DNA of 64,000 bases from the human T2T-CHM13v2.0 reference genome, Homo sapiens. Positions 29,753-44,799 of the stretch are shown here, piece by piece. The notes beneath the pieces were generated by a model. The model saw only the letters and a program-made list of their open reading frames with translations. It was not told where the DNA came from and searched no databases. The stretch lies in assembly GCF_009914755.1 (NCBI RefSeq), contig NC_060933.1, one strand, 5' to 3'. Both the position numbers and the translations under genes were made by a program. The first letter of the stretch is position 1. Every line of letters starts with the position of its first letter.

Positions 29753-30631
29753 CCAAGAGAAGGACCCTGCATAAGTGATGAGTAAACAAGAAAAGGAAAA
29801 ACAACCTGAGATGACAAATGTTCATAATGTAAAAATTTTAATAGAGAAAGTTTAGAAGTATAGAAATAATCCACATTTCCTGTCTGTCAAGGAAGGGAGT
29901 AAATACCTTTTAAAGTGAAATGATGTGACTTAGAAGGCTTAGAAAGACTCCCAGTCTCTCCTGGTCCTTCCCAATCACCACCTGATGGCAAGACCCATCA
30001 TTAAAATGTCATTTCTCTAGCTTATTGTATGAGCAGTTATGCTAATCACTTGCAGTAGAGTTTGCCAAACACTCACTCAACTGTCATTTGACAGCTCCTA
30101 GGCAGGGTAGAAAGTGGCACACACACAAGCATACATGTGTGCACCATCATCTATTTGGAAGTGAAATGACTTGCCCGAGGCATGAGGAAAATACATGATG
30201 CTGTCAAATCCAGCTAAATGGGAAGGAGCTAAGTTACTGCCCCTGAGAAAAATCTCATAAATTTGGAAAATTCCAAGTTCAAGCCAAGGGTGATGAGATA
30301 GCCCTTTACCACCAGGATAAACTGTGTCCCAGGGGTGAAGCTAAAAGATACAGAGAAGGAAATGTGGAACGAACCCAAAGAGTTAAATAAGTACATTGCC
30401 TAAGAGTGAGATGAAAGTTATGTGTCTCATGTTGCTAATATCTATTGACATTTTCAAGATTTATAAACTCCATTTTAGCATTCCATATCTCAAGATCTAT
30501 TCTACACTGTAAAAATTATCTCATGGGTGAGAAATATGTATATATAGACAAAAAATATCCATTGTAACATTCTTGGGGTAGCGGAAGCATAATGAACCAT
30601 TTAACCTCATTCCTATATGCAGTGTATATAG

Positions 30632-31037
<406 letters not shown>

Positions 31038-31200
31038 AAACACACCTTTGTTTTTAAATACAGACAATACAATATAAAGTTAAGTATGAAAATTCAGAAG
31101 GTAACCACATTACACATAAACACTTTTTAAGGACTCTTTCCACACCACAACAAACACATTAAAAAAAATACTTTTCTTTACAAAAATGAGATTATTCTTT

Positions 31201-31420
31201 TTTTATTATTATACTTTAAGTCCTAGAATGTGCAGGTTTGTTATGTAGGTATACAAGTGCCATGGTGGTTTCCTTACCCATCAAACTGTCATCTAGGTTT
31301 TAAGCCTGGCATGCATTACATATTTGTCCTAATGCTCTCCCTCCCCTTGCCCTCCACTCCCCGACAGCCCTGGTGTGTGATGTTCCCCTCCCTGTGTCCA
31401 TGTGTTCTCTTTGTTCAACT
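31201..31420 (-). mobile_element. Short L1PA8-like 3' end
   Basis: 20-bp TSD caaaaatg(a/g)gattattcttt at 31181-31200 and 31421-31440; empty site at 6941-6960. Confidence 0.88.
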
Positions 31421-33857
31421 CAAAAATGGGATTATTCTTTAGGCATTGTTCTCTACCTTGTTTTTGTCACATAACAAAATGTCTATGACATTTTGTGTTG
31501 TCTGTGCTATCAGACTGCCTGAATTCAAATTCCAGCTCTACCACTTACTCCCTGCGGGATCTGGTAAATTACTTAATTTTGCTACACTCTAAATTTATAT
31601 CTGTAAGTTGTAATTATAATAATGTCTATGTCATAGGATTTGGAGAAAATAAAATGATAAAAGCTTTGCAAAGCACTGAACTCAGTGTGTAGCATATATC
31701 AGGTGTTAATAAATATTGGCTAACATTACCCATCTTATTTCTTTAGAGACTGCATGACGTTGAGTAATAAAAATATACTATAAACTGTTTAATAAATCAC
31801 CTATTTGTGAATACTCTGTTTCCTCTGTGGTTGTTTTGTTTGTTATGTTGTATTATGTTTAGTTTGCTATTGTAAGCAACATCACAATAAAATGTCTGTA
31901 CATATATTTTGATATACAAATATTACTATTTTTAAAGGATAGCTTTTCATAAGTAAAATTATTGGACAAAGAAGTGCAGATTTTCAGTTCTGATGGAGAC
32001 TACCAAAGGGTCAACACTGATTTACTCTCTTACTGCTAGTATACATGAGGATCTAATTCCCTTTGTATAATGTCAAAAAAATTTGCATAAAACTGATGAG
32101 TGAGAATTGAATTTCAGTCCACATTTTCTGATTATCAATTATGCTGATCATCTTGTCATACATTTTATTTGGTAACTGTGTTGCAAATATTTTCATTGAG
32201 TCAATAGTTTCTATTTTAGCTTTGCCTATGATCTCTTTTGGTATAATTTTCAAATTTTTAAGTGGGTTATTTTGTCATTCTTGTTCTTCATTTCATTTCT
32301 TGCTTGGAATGACATTTCCATCCTGAGACTGTAAAAATGTGCTCCTTTAGTTTTGGCTCAAACTTACTTTGTAGTTTGGATTTTTAACTTTTAGGTTGTT
32401 CATTTATCTGGGTTTTATTTCTATGTGTGGGTTAGATAGAAATCTAGCCTTATACTTTCCAAGTGTTCAACCAATTGTGACAAATATCATTAATATTCCA
32501 TTCTTTCTTTGATGCTATTAAGTTTTACTATATATTAAGTTGCAGATAAATTACTGTCTCTATATATCTACCTATATATATGTATGCATAAATACAGATC
32601 TACAAAATTCTTTATGGTGGTCCATTGATTTGTTTTTCTCTGTTTGTGCCATTATCTTGTTTTTCACTATTATGTAATTTGATTGGGGTTAGAAAAGTTC
32701 CCTGAAATTGTTCTAATTTTTTTCAAAATTATTTCATCTGTTCTTAGCCATTTATTCATCTAGGTGAATTTTAGAAAAACTTTCACAAGTTTCATTAAAA
32801 ATTCCCCTGGGGTCTTATTAGAGGTGCATTGAATTTTATTAATTTGAGAAGAATTAACATTTTTAAAATATTGATACAAATATCTCTGTTTATTTAGATC
32901 TTCATTTTGTGTTCTGTTACAATTTCTTCAGATAAATCTTACTCATTTATTTTTATTGCTCAGGTTTACTCCTAAGTATTTTTTAGACTTTCTTAACACT
33001 GTCAATTGAAATGTTTTCCAAATTACATTTTTCTAATATAAGTATTAATATTTGTATATTTAATTTTATCTGGTTAGTTTGGTAAAGTCTTCATAGATTT
33101 TAAATTTTTTCAGATGATTATCTTGGATTTTCTAGGTGGACAGTTTCATCATTTCTAATGTTTATGTCTTTTAATTCTTACTTTTTCACTGATTGAGACC
33201 ACTATATCAACAGTATAGCTTAATAGTGGTAACAGGAGCCATCCTTTTCTGCTCTTTTCATGATATTGGTAGAATAAGACTCTTAATGATCAAAGTTTTA
33301 TAATCCTGTAATATTTGAATGTTTAGAAAAAGGATGTTATAATTTTATAATCAGAAAAGTTAACATACTTTAAAAACTAATCACAGTAACATAGGCTATT
33401 CCTGGTAGTACTCCTATTTTGAGTGACATCTTTGGACCAAACGCTTAAAATTAAAGTATCCACATCATATTAACCAAACAGAAAGGTTTAAACAGGCATT
33501 AAGCAGGCTTTGCTCTGAAGACTTAAGGAAGGCTCATCTGAATTCTGTGGACAATAAGGAGCATTGATTAATTCTGATGTTCATTATTGTACTATCTCAA
33601 CTATCATCACCACCTCCAGAACTATGAGCAGGAGAGGACCCTGAATGAAAGGGTGTCATTCATGGAGATACCCTGAATGAAAGTATCCTCATTCAAGGTG
33701 GGACCCAGAAACCACTTCCTCTGGAACAAAAAAAAAAAGAAGCTAAGAAGTTGGTCAAGAGACAACCTAAAAAGAATCTTCAGAAAGGGAAATGAGAAGA
33801 ACTCAGGCAAATTAGGCCACTTAGAAGTTCCGAAGAACACATGGAAAAATCTTTATC

Positions 33858-34720
33858 TTTCATTTGTATAAGTTTATGGGGTGCAAGTACAGTTTTGTTA
33901 CATGAATACATTGTGCAGCGGCCAAGTTAGGGTCTTTAGGGTGTCTACCATGCAAATAACATACATTGTACCCATGAGGCAATTTATCATCATTCATTCC
34001 CCTTTTACTCCTGACCCCCACTTCTTCTGAGTCTCTATTATCCATCATTCCACTCACAATGATCCTATGTATATATTTGTGGCACCCACTTATGAGTGAG
34101 AACATGTGATATTAGTGTTTTCTGATTTTATATTTTTTTATTTGTATATTTGTATTTTTGTGCCTGGCTTGTTTCACTCAGAATAATGACCTCCAGTTCC
34201 ATCCATAGTGCTACAAATGACACGATTTCATTATTTATCATGGCTAAACAGTATTCCATTGTGTGTGTGTGTGTGTGTACACGTATACGTACACACACCA
34301 CTTCTTTTATTCATTCATCCATTGATGGACACTTAGGTTGATCTTTGCTATTGTGAACAGTGCTGCAATAAACATATAAGTGCAGGTATCCCTTTGATAT
34401 ATTGATTTATTTCTTTCTGTATTCTGTTCCATTGATCTGTGTGTCTGTTTTTATACAGCACCATGCTATTTTGGCTGCTATAGCCTTGTAATATATTTTG
34501 AAGTCAGGTAATGTGATGCCTCCAGCTTTGTTCTTTTTTCTTAAAATTGCTTTGGCTATTCTGGCTCTTTGGGTTCCACATGAATTTTAGAATCGCTTTT
34601 TTCTAATCTTGTGAAAAATGATATTTCTACGTTGATAGGGATTATGTTCAGTATGTAGATTGCTTTGGGCAGTATGGTCATTTTAACTATATTAATTCTC
34701 CTGATCCGTGAGCATGGAAT
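33858..34720 (-). mobile_element. L1MA/L1PB-like fragments
   Basis: Reverse-complement L1 3' UTR and ORF2 sequence (cccacttatgagtgagaacatg; gaagtcaggtaatgtgatgcctccagctttg); absent at the paralogous site about 9085. Confidence 0.8.
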
Positions 34721-34799
34721 GGAAAATTGAAAATCTTCAGTTTCTAGTTTAGGAGGCAGCCTGGATAATTTTAACTGTTCCCTTGTTGGATTTTTACTA

Positions 34800-35152
<353 letters not shown>

Positions 35153-35173
35153 CTATCCAGGAAGTCCAGAGAC

Positions 35174-36109
35174 ATGGAGATAAAGAACTACAGCAGCAGC
35201 ACCTCAGGCTTCATCCTCCTGGGCCTCTCTTCCAACCCTAAGCTGCAGAAACCTCTCTTTGCCATCTTCCTCATCATGTACCTGCTCGCTGCGGTGGGGA
35301 ATGTGCTCATCATCCCGGCCATCTACTCTGACCCCAGGCTCCACACCCCTATGTACTTTTTTCTCAGCAACTTGTCTTTCATGGATATCTGCTTCACAAC
35401 AGTCATAGTGCCTAAGATGCTGGTGAATTTTCTATCAGAGACAAAGGTTATCTCCTATGTGGGCTGCCTGGCCCAGATGTACTTCTTTATGGCATTTGGG
35501 AACACTGACAGCTACCTGCTGGCCTCTATGGCCATCGACCGGCTGGTGGCCATCTGCAACCCCTTACACTATGATGTGGTTATGAAACCACGGCATTGCC
35601 TGCTCATGCTATTGGGTTCTTACAGCATCTCCCACCTACATTCCCTGTTCCGCGTGCTACTTATGTCTCGCTTGTCTTTCTGTGCCTCTCACATCATTAA
35701 GCACTTTTTCTGTGACACCCAGCCTGTGCTAAAGCTCTCCTGCTCTGACACATCCTCCAGCCAGATGGTGGTGATGACTGAGACCTTAGCTGTCATTGTG
35801 ACCCCCTTCCTGTGTACCATCTTCTCCTACCTGCAAATCATCGTCACTGTGCTCAGAATCCCCTCTGCAGCCAGGAAGTGGAAGGCCTTCTCTACCTGTG
35901 GCTCCCACCTCACTGCAGTAGCCCTTTTCTATGGGAGTATTATTTATGTCTATTTTAGGCCCCTGTCCATGTACTCAGTGGTTAGGGACCGGGTAGCCAC
36001 AGTTATGTACACAGTAGTGACACCCATGCTGAACCCTTTCATCTACAGCCTGAGGAACAAAGATATGAAGAGGGGTTTGAAGAAATTACAGGACAGAATT
36101 TACCGGTAA
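35174..36109 (+). CDS. OR1L6: Olfactory receptor family 1 subfamily L member 6 (311 aa from M at 35174; 347 aa from the upstream ATG at 35066)
   Basis: Intact 7TM OR ORF with all canonical motifs, 16 aa different from OR1L4; N-terminal extension [14 protein letters not shown] and C-terminus LQDRIYR recognised as OR1L6. Confidence 0.94.
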   Translation: MEIKNYSSSTSGFILLGLSSNPKLQKPLFAIFLIMYLLAAVGNVLIIPAIYSDPRLHTPMYFFLSNLSFMDICFTTVIVPKMLVNFLSETKVISYVGCLAQMYFFMAFGNTDSYLLASMAIDRLVAICNPLHYDVVMKPRHCLLMLLGSYSISHLHSLFRVLLMSRLSFCASHIIKHFFCDTQPVLKLSCSDTSSSQMVVMTETLAVIVTPFLCTIFSYLQIIVTVLRIPSAARKWKAFSTCGSHLTAVALFYGSIIYVYFRPLSMYSVVRDRVATVMYTVVTPMLNPFIYSLRNKDMKRGLKKLQDRIYR

Positions 36110-36516
36110 AAGGAACAAAATGTTGGTGTGTCATAATTAAGACATGATCGAAGAGATTATCAGGTTATTCTTCCTTAGTAACTATTTTCCACGTGGCACT
36201 CAAAGAGGTCATGAAAAGTGGTGTTGGATACCAATAAGAGAATTGACCTAGGAGCAAAACAATTAGTTTCTATGCATGATCTTAACCAAATACATATTCA
36301 GTCTCAGGCTAGGTACTGTTAGGAATCCAGATTTCAGGAAAAGGTTTCAGGTTTTGAAAGCTGAGTATTGCATCCTCAATAGATTGGCAATCATATAGAG
36401 AAATAAAGCTATCTCCAAATAACTTGTCTATAAGCCTGACAATGGCTAGCAGTCAAGGAGTTTAAATCCTGTTAGTTTTTTGTTTGGCGGAGGGGGGTTG
36501 TTCTTGTGTGTGCGTG

Positions 36517-36808
36517 GCTTTTTTTTTTTTAGAAACATAATCTCACTGTGTTGTTCAGGCTGGAGTACAATGGTGCGATTATAGCTCACTGCAGCCTCTA
36601 ACTCCTGTGCTCAAGTGATTCTCCTGCCTTAGCCTCCCAAGTATCTGGGACTACAGGAACATGCCACCACACTCGACTTTTTTTTTTTTCTTTGTAGAGA
36701 CAAGGTCATGTTATCTCACCCTGGTAGGTCTTGAACTCCTGGCTTCAAGGGTTCCTCCTGCCTCAGCCTCCCAAAGTGCTGGGATTACAGGGGTGAGCCA
36801 CCACGACT
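36517..36808 (-). mobile_element. AluJ
   Basis: atagctcactgcagcctctaactcctgtgctcaagtgat is AluJ-diagnostic; dimeric. Confidence 0.85.
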
Positions 36809-38310
36809 TATAAAACTCATTAGTTTTAAGAAGAAGAAACTACATGGGTTTGATAGGTCATTGGGTAAGACTTCTTGAAGGAATGGCATCTTGAAGGATG
36901 GACTGAATTTTGAAAGAGGAAGTTTCAAAAGATGAAGAAATGGGCAAAGCATTTCAAATAGTGAAAACCACCCAAGCATGTGGAGACAATAAGCACTGCA
37001 ATGTGTTTGAGGGACAATGAAAAGCTGAGGCTTCATCAGTTTGAGAGAAAGGAGAATACGGCTGGAAAGATAGAAGAATCTACAAAATGCATTTATTCTC
37101 CCCCCCACCAACACTTAAGTTTCATGACAGTGTGAAGGCTCAGTACCCGATTTCTTTTCCCTTCCCTCTTAATTCTTCCCTTCATACATCCAGCATCCTC
37201 ACCAAGCTGCATTTTGTATCCTAGAAAAAGCTAATGTATCAGTTAGGAAAAAGCTCGGTTGTGCTATGGAAACAATCAACCTCAAAGTCTTAGGACCTTA
37301 AAACCAAAGGTTTATTTCTCATTCACATTGTAGGTCCACCATAGAAAAGTGTAAGTGTGCTACTTATTTTCAACATGCAGAGACCCAAGATCGTGGAGCA
37401 GTCACCACTGAAAACATTAATCATCACTCTGCCAGAAGCTGAGAAAGGCTCTTGGAGGTTTCACACTGGCAGTTAAAAACTCTGGCCCAGAAGTGACCCT
37501 CACCTCTTATGACCATAACTTATTGTCTAAAACACCTCTCATGACCCCACCCAAACGCAAGGCAGCCAGGAGGCACAATCCAACTATGTCCCTCTAAGAT
37601 TTTAGAAAGCCAGAAGTATTTGATAAACCGCATTCATTACTACTACCCAACTATATTAACATACAAACACATCAGTGTGAATTAGTTGCTTCATCAGTTC
37701 TCCTGGATTGTGTTATTGTCAATAACAATAGTAATGTAACACTTACACACTGTCTGGGATTTTTCTGCTTCAATTATTTCATCAAGTTCCCACAACCATC
37801 AGCTTTTCTAGGTCACAAGCTTGTGTGGCAGGACCTGACGCTGAATACAAGTTTTTTGGCCTTAAAGATTTAGTAAGAGGTGAATGGTGTCCAAGGAAAT
37901 ACAGGGACACCTAGGTTCCGACATCAAGGTCCCTGCTAGTGCTTTCACTACGTGCTCCTAATTATAAGGGAGTAACCAGAAAGCCAGGAAAGAAACCCAA
38001 AGCAATAACCTTCGTGTTTGTACAGGCACACCTGGTTTTCACCACTATCTCTCACTGATCATTTGGTTTGTGGGATGCTGGCCTAGAAGATATGTACCAT
38101 TTCCACTTACTCAATTTATGTGCCATAGTTTTCTCATGCTCAACCAAGTTCAATTAGCTACTTCAGAATGTTAGGAATATCTATATTAAATAAATCTATT
38201 CATAAATTATATGTATATTACATATACATTAAATAAACAAATTCATTAATTATGCCACCATTAACTTATAAATCCAATTAAGTTCTTTAGTCCTGAGAAC
38301 ACTAACTTAC

Positions 38311-39233
38311 TTTTTTTTTTTTTAACTTATTTTAAATTCCAGGATACATGTGCAGGACGTGTAGGTTTGTTACATGGGTAAACGTGTGCTATGGTGGTTT
38401 CCTGCACCTATCAACCCATCACCTAGGTATTAAGCCCCATATGCATTAGCTATTTATCCTGATGCTCTCCCTCCCCACTCCCACCCAGACCGCAGTGTGG
38501 GTTGTTCCCCTCCCTCTGTCCATGTTTTCTCGTTGTTCAGCTCCCACTTGTAAGTGAGAATATGCAGAGTTCAGTTTTCTGTTCTTGTGTTAGTTTGCTG
38601 AGGATAATAGATTCCAGCTCCATCCATGTCCCTGCAAAGGACATGATCTTGTTCCTTTTTATAACTTCATAGTATTCCATGGTGTATATGTACCACATTT
38701 TCTTTATGCAGTGTATCATTGATGGACATTTGGGTTGATACCATGTCTTTGCTATTGTGAATAGTGCTGCAATGAACATACGTGTGCATGTATCTTTATA
38801 ATAGAATAATTTATATTCCTTTGGGTATATATCCAGTAATGGCACTGCTGGGTTGAATGGTATTTGTGGTTCTAGGTCTTTGAGGAATTGGCACACTATC
38901 TTCCACAATAGTTGAACTAATTTACATTCCCACCAACAGTATAAAAGTGTTCCTATTTCTCCAGTCTCACCAGCATCTGTTGTTTCTTGACTTTTTAATA
39001 ATCACCATTCTGACTGTCATGAGATGGTATCTCATGGTGGTTATGATTTGCATTTCTCTAATGACCGTGATGTTGAGCTTTCTTTCATGTTTGTTGGCCG
39101 CGTAAATGTCTTCTTTTGAGAAGTGTCTGTTTATGTCTTTTGCCCACTTTTTAATGGGGTTGTTTATTTTTTTCTTGTAAATTTTTTAAGTTCCTTGTAG
39201 ATTCTGGATATTTGACCTTTGTCAGATGGATAT
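38311..39233 (-). mobile_element. 5'-truncated L1PA8-like element
   Basis: Minus ORF 38537-38908 is the ORF2p C-terminus; poly(T) at the left end; absent at the paralogous site about 13780. Confidence 0.9.
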
Positions 39234-42178
39234 TTCTGATCTCACATTGCCATCCGCCCCAGACTTCTTTTTCTCAACAAATGCATGGCAAAAAAAAATC
39301 ATAAAAGATGTTTTATGAATAATCCTAGAGATATTACCAAAAGTGTAAAGAAAAGGAAATTCTAGATAACAATTAACCACGAGAGTGCACTTTGGGATGA
39401 AAGAGTTCCTACTCTGACCCTCAGGTAAGTCCTAAACTTCTCAGTCAGAGCTGGAGTGTTTTCTCTGTCAAAATATGAAGCTACTTCCCACAAGACATCC
39501 TGTCACTCTTCAGAAGGAAAGAACTGCCATGAGCAAGGAGTATCTACAAAGTGTAGTAAGATTTTTGCTGTCCAATCAAGAGAGTCCAGAAGTCAACCTA
39601 GAAAGTCACTAATAAGCATGAGTAAGAGGAAATAAATAGATTATGAAGGTAGATATAATCACAGGGAGGGATTTCAACAGGCCTCTGGACATCTTGTCAC
39701 ATTGTCTCAAATGCTGCTACATAGTCCTTGAGAGTAGACAAGGAATCTCCTTGCCAGCTCCTTGTTTCACCATATTGGTATCCAGAAGGCTGGCTGAATA
39801 CAATAGAGAAATAATACCATAGGTCTCTCATTTGTTGACAAAACACAAAAAGTTTAAAAAAATGTATTGGGTTTTTCCAATGTAAGCTTATTACATATAT
39901 ACAAATATTTGAGATTTAGCTCAATACTGAAATAAGGGGAATTCAGTTCACTGAACATATTTTACCTGTTTATCAGAGTAAGTGATGACAATTAGGAAGA
40001 GTGTGTAGCATGAGACCCAAGAAAAAAGTAGGGAAGAGGGCAGAGTATTTCTGGCATTGAAGAATCTAATAGAGAAAACATTATCAAAGAGGAATTAAAA
40101 GGAGTAGTCATAGAATTCAAGAGAAGAGTAAATTTGAAGAGGCAGGAGCCATTAACTGGTATCAAAATATGATGACAGTTTAACAAAATAAGGCTGAAGG
40201 TTGTCCATTGGCTTTAGTGACATGGTGGTGATTCATAACTTTGGTGAATGTGCAATGGAGAAATGGAAAATGAGCCAGATTGTGATGTGTTAAGGAATGA
40301 GTGAAGGTGAGAATGGAGAGAATGATTATAATCTGTGTCAATGTTGTTCCATGGTCTTATGACTTGCATTATTTTCAAAGAGAAATCAGTTGTAATTCTT
40401 ATCTTTAGTCCTCCTATAGGTGATACGTCTTTTTGCTCTGACTGGTTTTATTTTTTGGTTTTTAGCAATTTGATTACATATGGATTTCTTTGTGTTTATC
40501 CTACTTGGGGTTTATTAAGGCTTTTAAATCTATGGATAGATTTTTTTCTTCACATTTGATAACTTTTAGCCCAATATTTTTTAAATGTCTTTTTGCCCCA
40601 GTCCTTCTCTCCTCTCTGCAATTAGTAGATCCTCAAACAATCTATGAATTTTTTGATGTTAGACTTCTGGTAGTGGCTTAAGTTTGAATCCCGCTGAATA
40701 GTCTGATAAAAGAAAGGTAAAACAACTAGAATAGTACAAGAATAACAATTCTTAAGACACAAAACATCCCTATAATGCCCAAAATACAAGCAGGTAGCAA
40801 CAAAAGACCAAAAGCTATATGACCCACATGGTGTCAGATCTGAGCAAGAAGAAACAGAGGCAACCAACACTATCTGCCTGAGCTGAAAATGGGAAAAAAA
40901 ATTAATTGGTAACTTCTCACAGGAATTTGTGCTGAGCCAATTTGAGAACAGAAGCTGAGACTGAAAGGGTTTTGTCCATTCTACTGTCATTTCAATGGGG
41001 CCTTAGTAAGCCCTGGTGATGCTGGAGCAGTCTAGGCCTTATTACCTCACAAAGCTACTCATCCAATAATCTCTTCCAGTACAAATCCCACACCAAGGAT
41101 AAAATCAGAAAATAGAGCCAAGGTTTACCAAGATAAAAAAAAAAAATCTAGGAATAAAAGGAAAGTTAGAGACATAAATGAATAAGAGGAACAAAGCCAG
41201 ATATCTTAGAAAGTACAGGGCCTATCTTTAAACACATTATGAGAACAACAGCAAACAACAGAATAATATATTAAGATCCTCAAGAAAAGAATAGATGAGT
41301 CAAGATTTCATATCCAACTAAAATTACTTTCAAATATAAGGGCCACTTTCACTATTCAAGAACTCTTAAGGAACTTACCATAGAACAAGCTTTAGACAAC
41401 CAAAATGACTGGAGAGACATCAACTTAAGAACTGTTGATAAACAGTAAGCATATATTTAACTGTAGAACTAACATTAAATGATGGTTACAAGGTAAGAGA
41501 ATACTGTTCATGGATAAATGCTCTGACTATATAGTTACATACAACAATAAACAAAATGTGGGAATAATGAGAGGAGGATATAAAAAATAAAATAAGCTTA
41601 CTTATTGCCTATTAATTATTAACTTGGAATTAAGAAGTATTAAGTCAGGTATTTTGAGAGAGGCAGAGAAGAGGTAGAGAATTACCAGCTAATTTTAATA
41701 TTACTAATAATAGGGTACCAATAAATAATAACCAAAAAGGTAGGAGGCTGGTATATATTAAAAAACACAATGACAAAAACGTAACATGTGGACATTACTT
41801 GGAGTCTGATTTGAAAAGATCAACTGAAAAGAGTAATTTTTAAGACAAGAAAAATTGAATATGGTTTAGGCATTAGATGATATCAATGAGTTAATGCCAC
41901 TATTTTCAGGGATAATGATATTTTTATTTTTAAATTCTCATTTCTGAAAGATGCATCCTGAAGTAGGTCAATGAATTTATGCGATATCTGCAATTTGCTT
42001 TAAAAGAGTCACCAGCAAATAAATGGAAGGAGGCATATAGATCAAACAAGATTGAAATAATTTTTTAAATTACTATGCTAGGTGATGTGTCATGGGGTTC
42101 AATTACACTATACTATTTTCTATACTTTTATTTGAAATGGTTATAATAAAGTGTTTAATAAATCACACATCATATTAG

Positions 42179-42500
<322 letters not shown>

Positions 42501-43545
42501 TCTACTATCATCTTTTCTCAGTGGGTAAAAAACTGATTGTAAACTCATCCTTATTCTATAAGGTCCTGGAAGTCCCCCATGCTTCCAAAAATCTCTAACT
42601 AAAATTCTAATATTAGAGAATTCACTGAAGTCATCAGTAACCTTTAAAATATGCAACCTAGGAAGAGGAGTCACTTGCCAAGTTATAAATCATACATGGT
42701 AGGAATGAATGTCTGAGACCAAGTTTTATACAGGGAGGTGGGAGAAGAACAAGTGAAGGAGCCAAGGAGGTAAAGAGAAGCAGGGAGAAATGTGGAAGCC
42801 TGGAAGAAATAATTTTTGCACAGAGATCAAGAAGAAACTCTCAAAACGAACAAAGGAACACTCCCCCAAGTCTCCATCCAGGTATCAGTGACTCTGCATT
42901 CTTCCACAAACTGGAAGCATTTAACCTTTGGTTCCCCTGAACAAGTAATCTATGCAAGTTTCACATGGGAAAAATGCATCCTGGATGAAAGGTAGATAAA
43001 CAGTTGCTGAGAATTATGGAAGCTGGGATGATAAAATGTCGGTTCCAATAAAAAAAAATAGTCCTTTTACAGTTTTTTTTTTTACCTTTGACCCCTCTGT
43101 GGGTGTCCTAATTCAATTCACCATACAGGAATAGTTTTGTAGAATCTTATCCATTGTGATTCTACCATATCAAGCTATTTTAAACTCAATGGCTAGCAAA
43201 CATTTTGGCCATCAGATAAGTGCTATTTTTTCGCATTTTTCCTTTCTTCATTATCATCATCATCAATAATAATAGCATTGTTTGAGTGCTTCTTAAGACA
43301 TCAAGTTAAAGGTTTACATGCTCGATTGCATGTAATTCTCACAATAACACACTGAGAAACTCTGTGAAACTCTATTTCACAGATGAAGAAACTGAGTCTC
43401 CTTTCCCAGGATAACAAGTGGAAGAGCTAGGACTCAAACCCAGAGGTGGGTGATTCTAGTTTTGCTTGTGATTACTATGTAATATTGTATTTATATTCTA
43501 TAGGCAAAGATTACAAAGGGAGAGCCCTAGATGGTCAGTATCTAA

Positions 43546-44171
<626 letters not shown>

Positions 44172-44358
44172 TGAGGCTAGGACAGAGCTTAGAACATAGT
44201 TAGAACTTAATATATGCTGAGATAAACTCTTCTAGGAATAATAAAGGGTAAGGATACAGAGGAGGTAGTCTCAGCTTTCCAAAAGTTACATCCTAATGAG
44301 GTGACAGCATATACAGTTCCATACAATGCTAAGATACACAATATTGGGGGGTGGGGCC

Positions 44359-44367
44359 AAGATGGCC
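44359..44367 (+). promoter_or_regulatory. YY1 site of the L1 internal sense promoter
   Basis: AAGATGGCC intact about 13 nt from the L1 5' end. Confidence 0.8.
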
Positions 44368-44535
44368 AAATAGGAACAGCTGCAGTCTATAGCTCCCAGC
44401 ATCAGCGACACAGAAGATGGCTGATTTCTGCATGTCCAACTAAGGTACCAGGTTCATCTCACTGGGGAGTGTCGGAAAGTGGGTGCAGGACAGTGGGTGC
44501 AGCGCACCAAGTGTGAGCCGAAGCAGGGAGAGGCA

Positions 44536-44799
44536 TCACCTCACCCGAGAAGCACAAGGGGTCAGGGAATTCCCTTTCCTAGTCAAAGAAAGGGGTGACA
44601 GATGGCACCTGGAAAATCGGGTCACTCCCACCCTAATACTGCACTTTTCCAACCATCTTAGCAAACGGCACACCAGGAGATTATATCCCACACATGGCTC
44701 AGAGGGTCCTATGCCCACAGAGCCCCACTGATTGCTAGCACAGCAGTCTGAGATCAAACTGCAAGTCGGCAGCGAGGCTGGGGGAGGTGTGCCCGCCAT
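44536..44799 (-). CDS. L1 antisense ORF0 homolog (87 aa, open)
   Basis: MAGTPPPASLPTCSLISDCCASNQWGSVGIGPSEP... matches primate L1 ORF0 (MAGAPPPASLPPCSLISDCCASNQ); ATG at 44799. Confidence 0.7.
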   Translation of the reverse strand: MAGTPPPASLPTCSLISDCCASNQWGSVGIGPSEPCVGYNLLVCRLLRWLEKCSIRVGVTRFSRCHLSPLSLTRKGNSLTPCASRVR

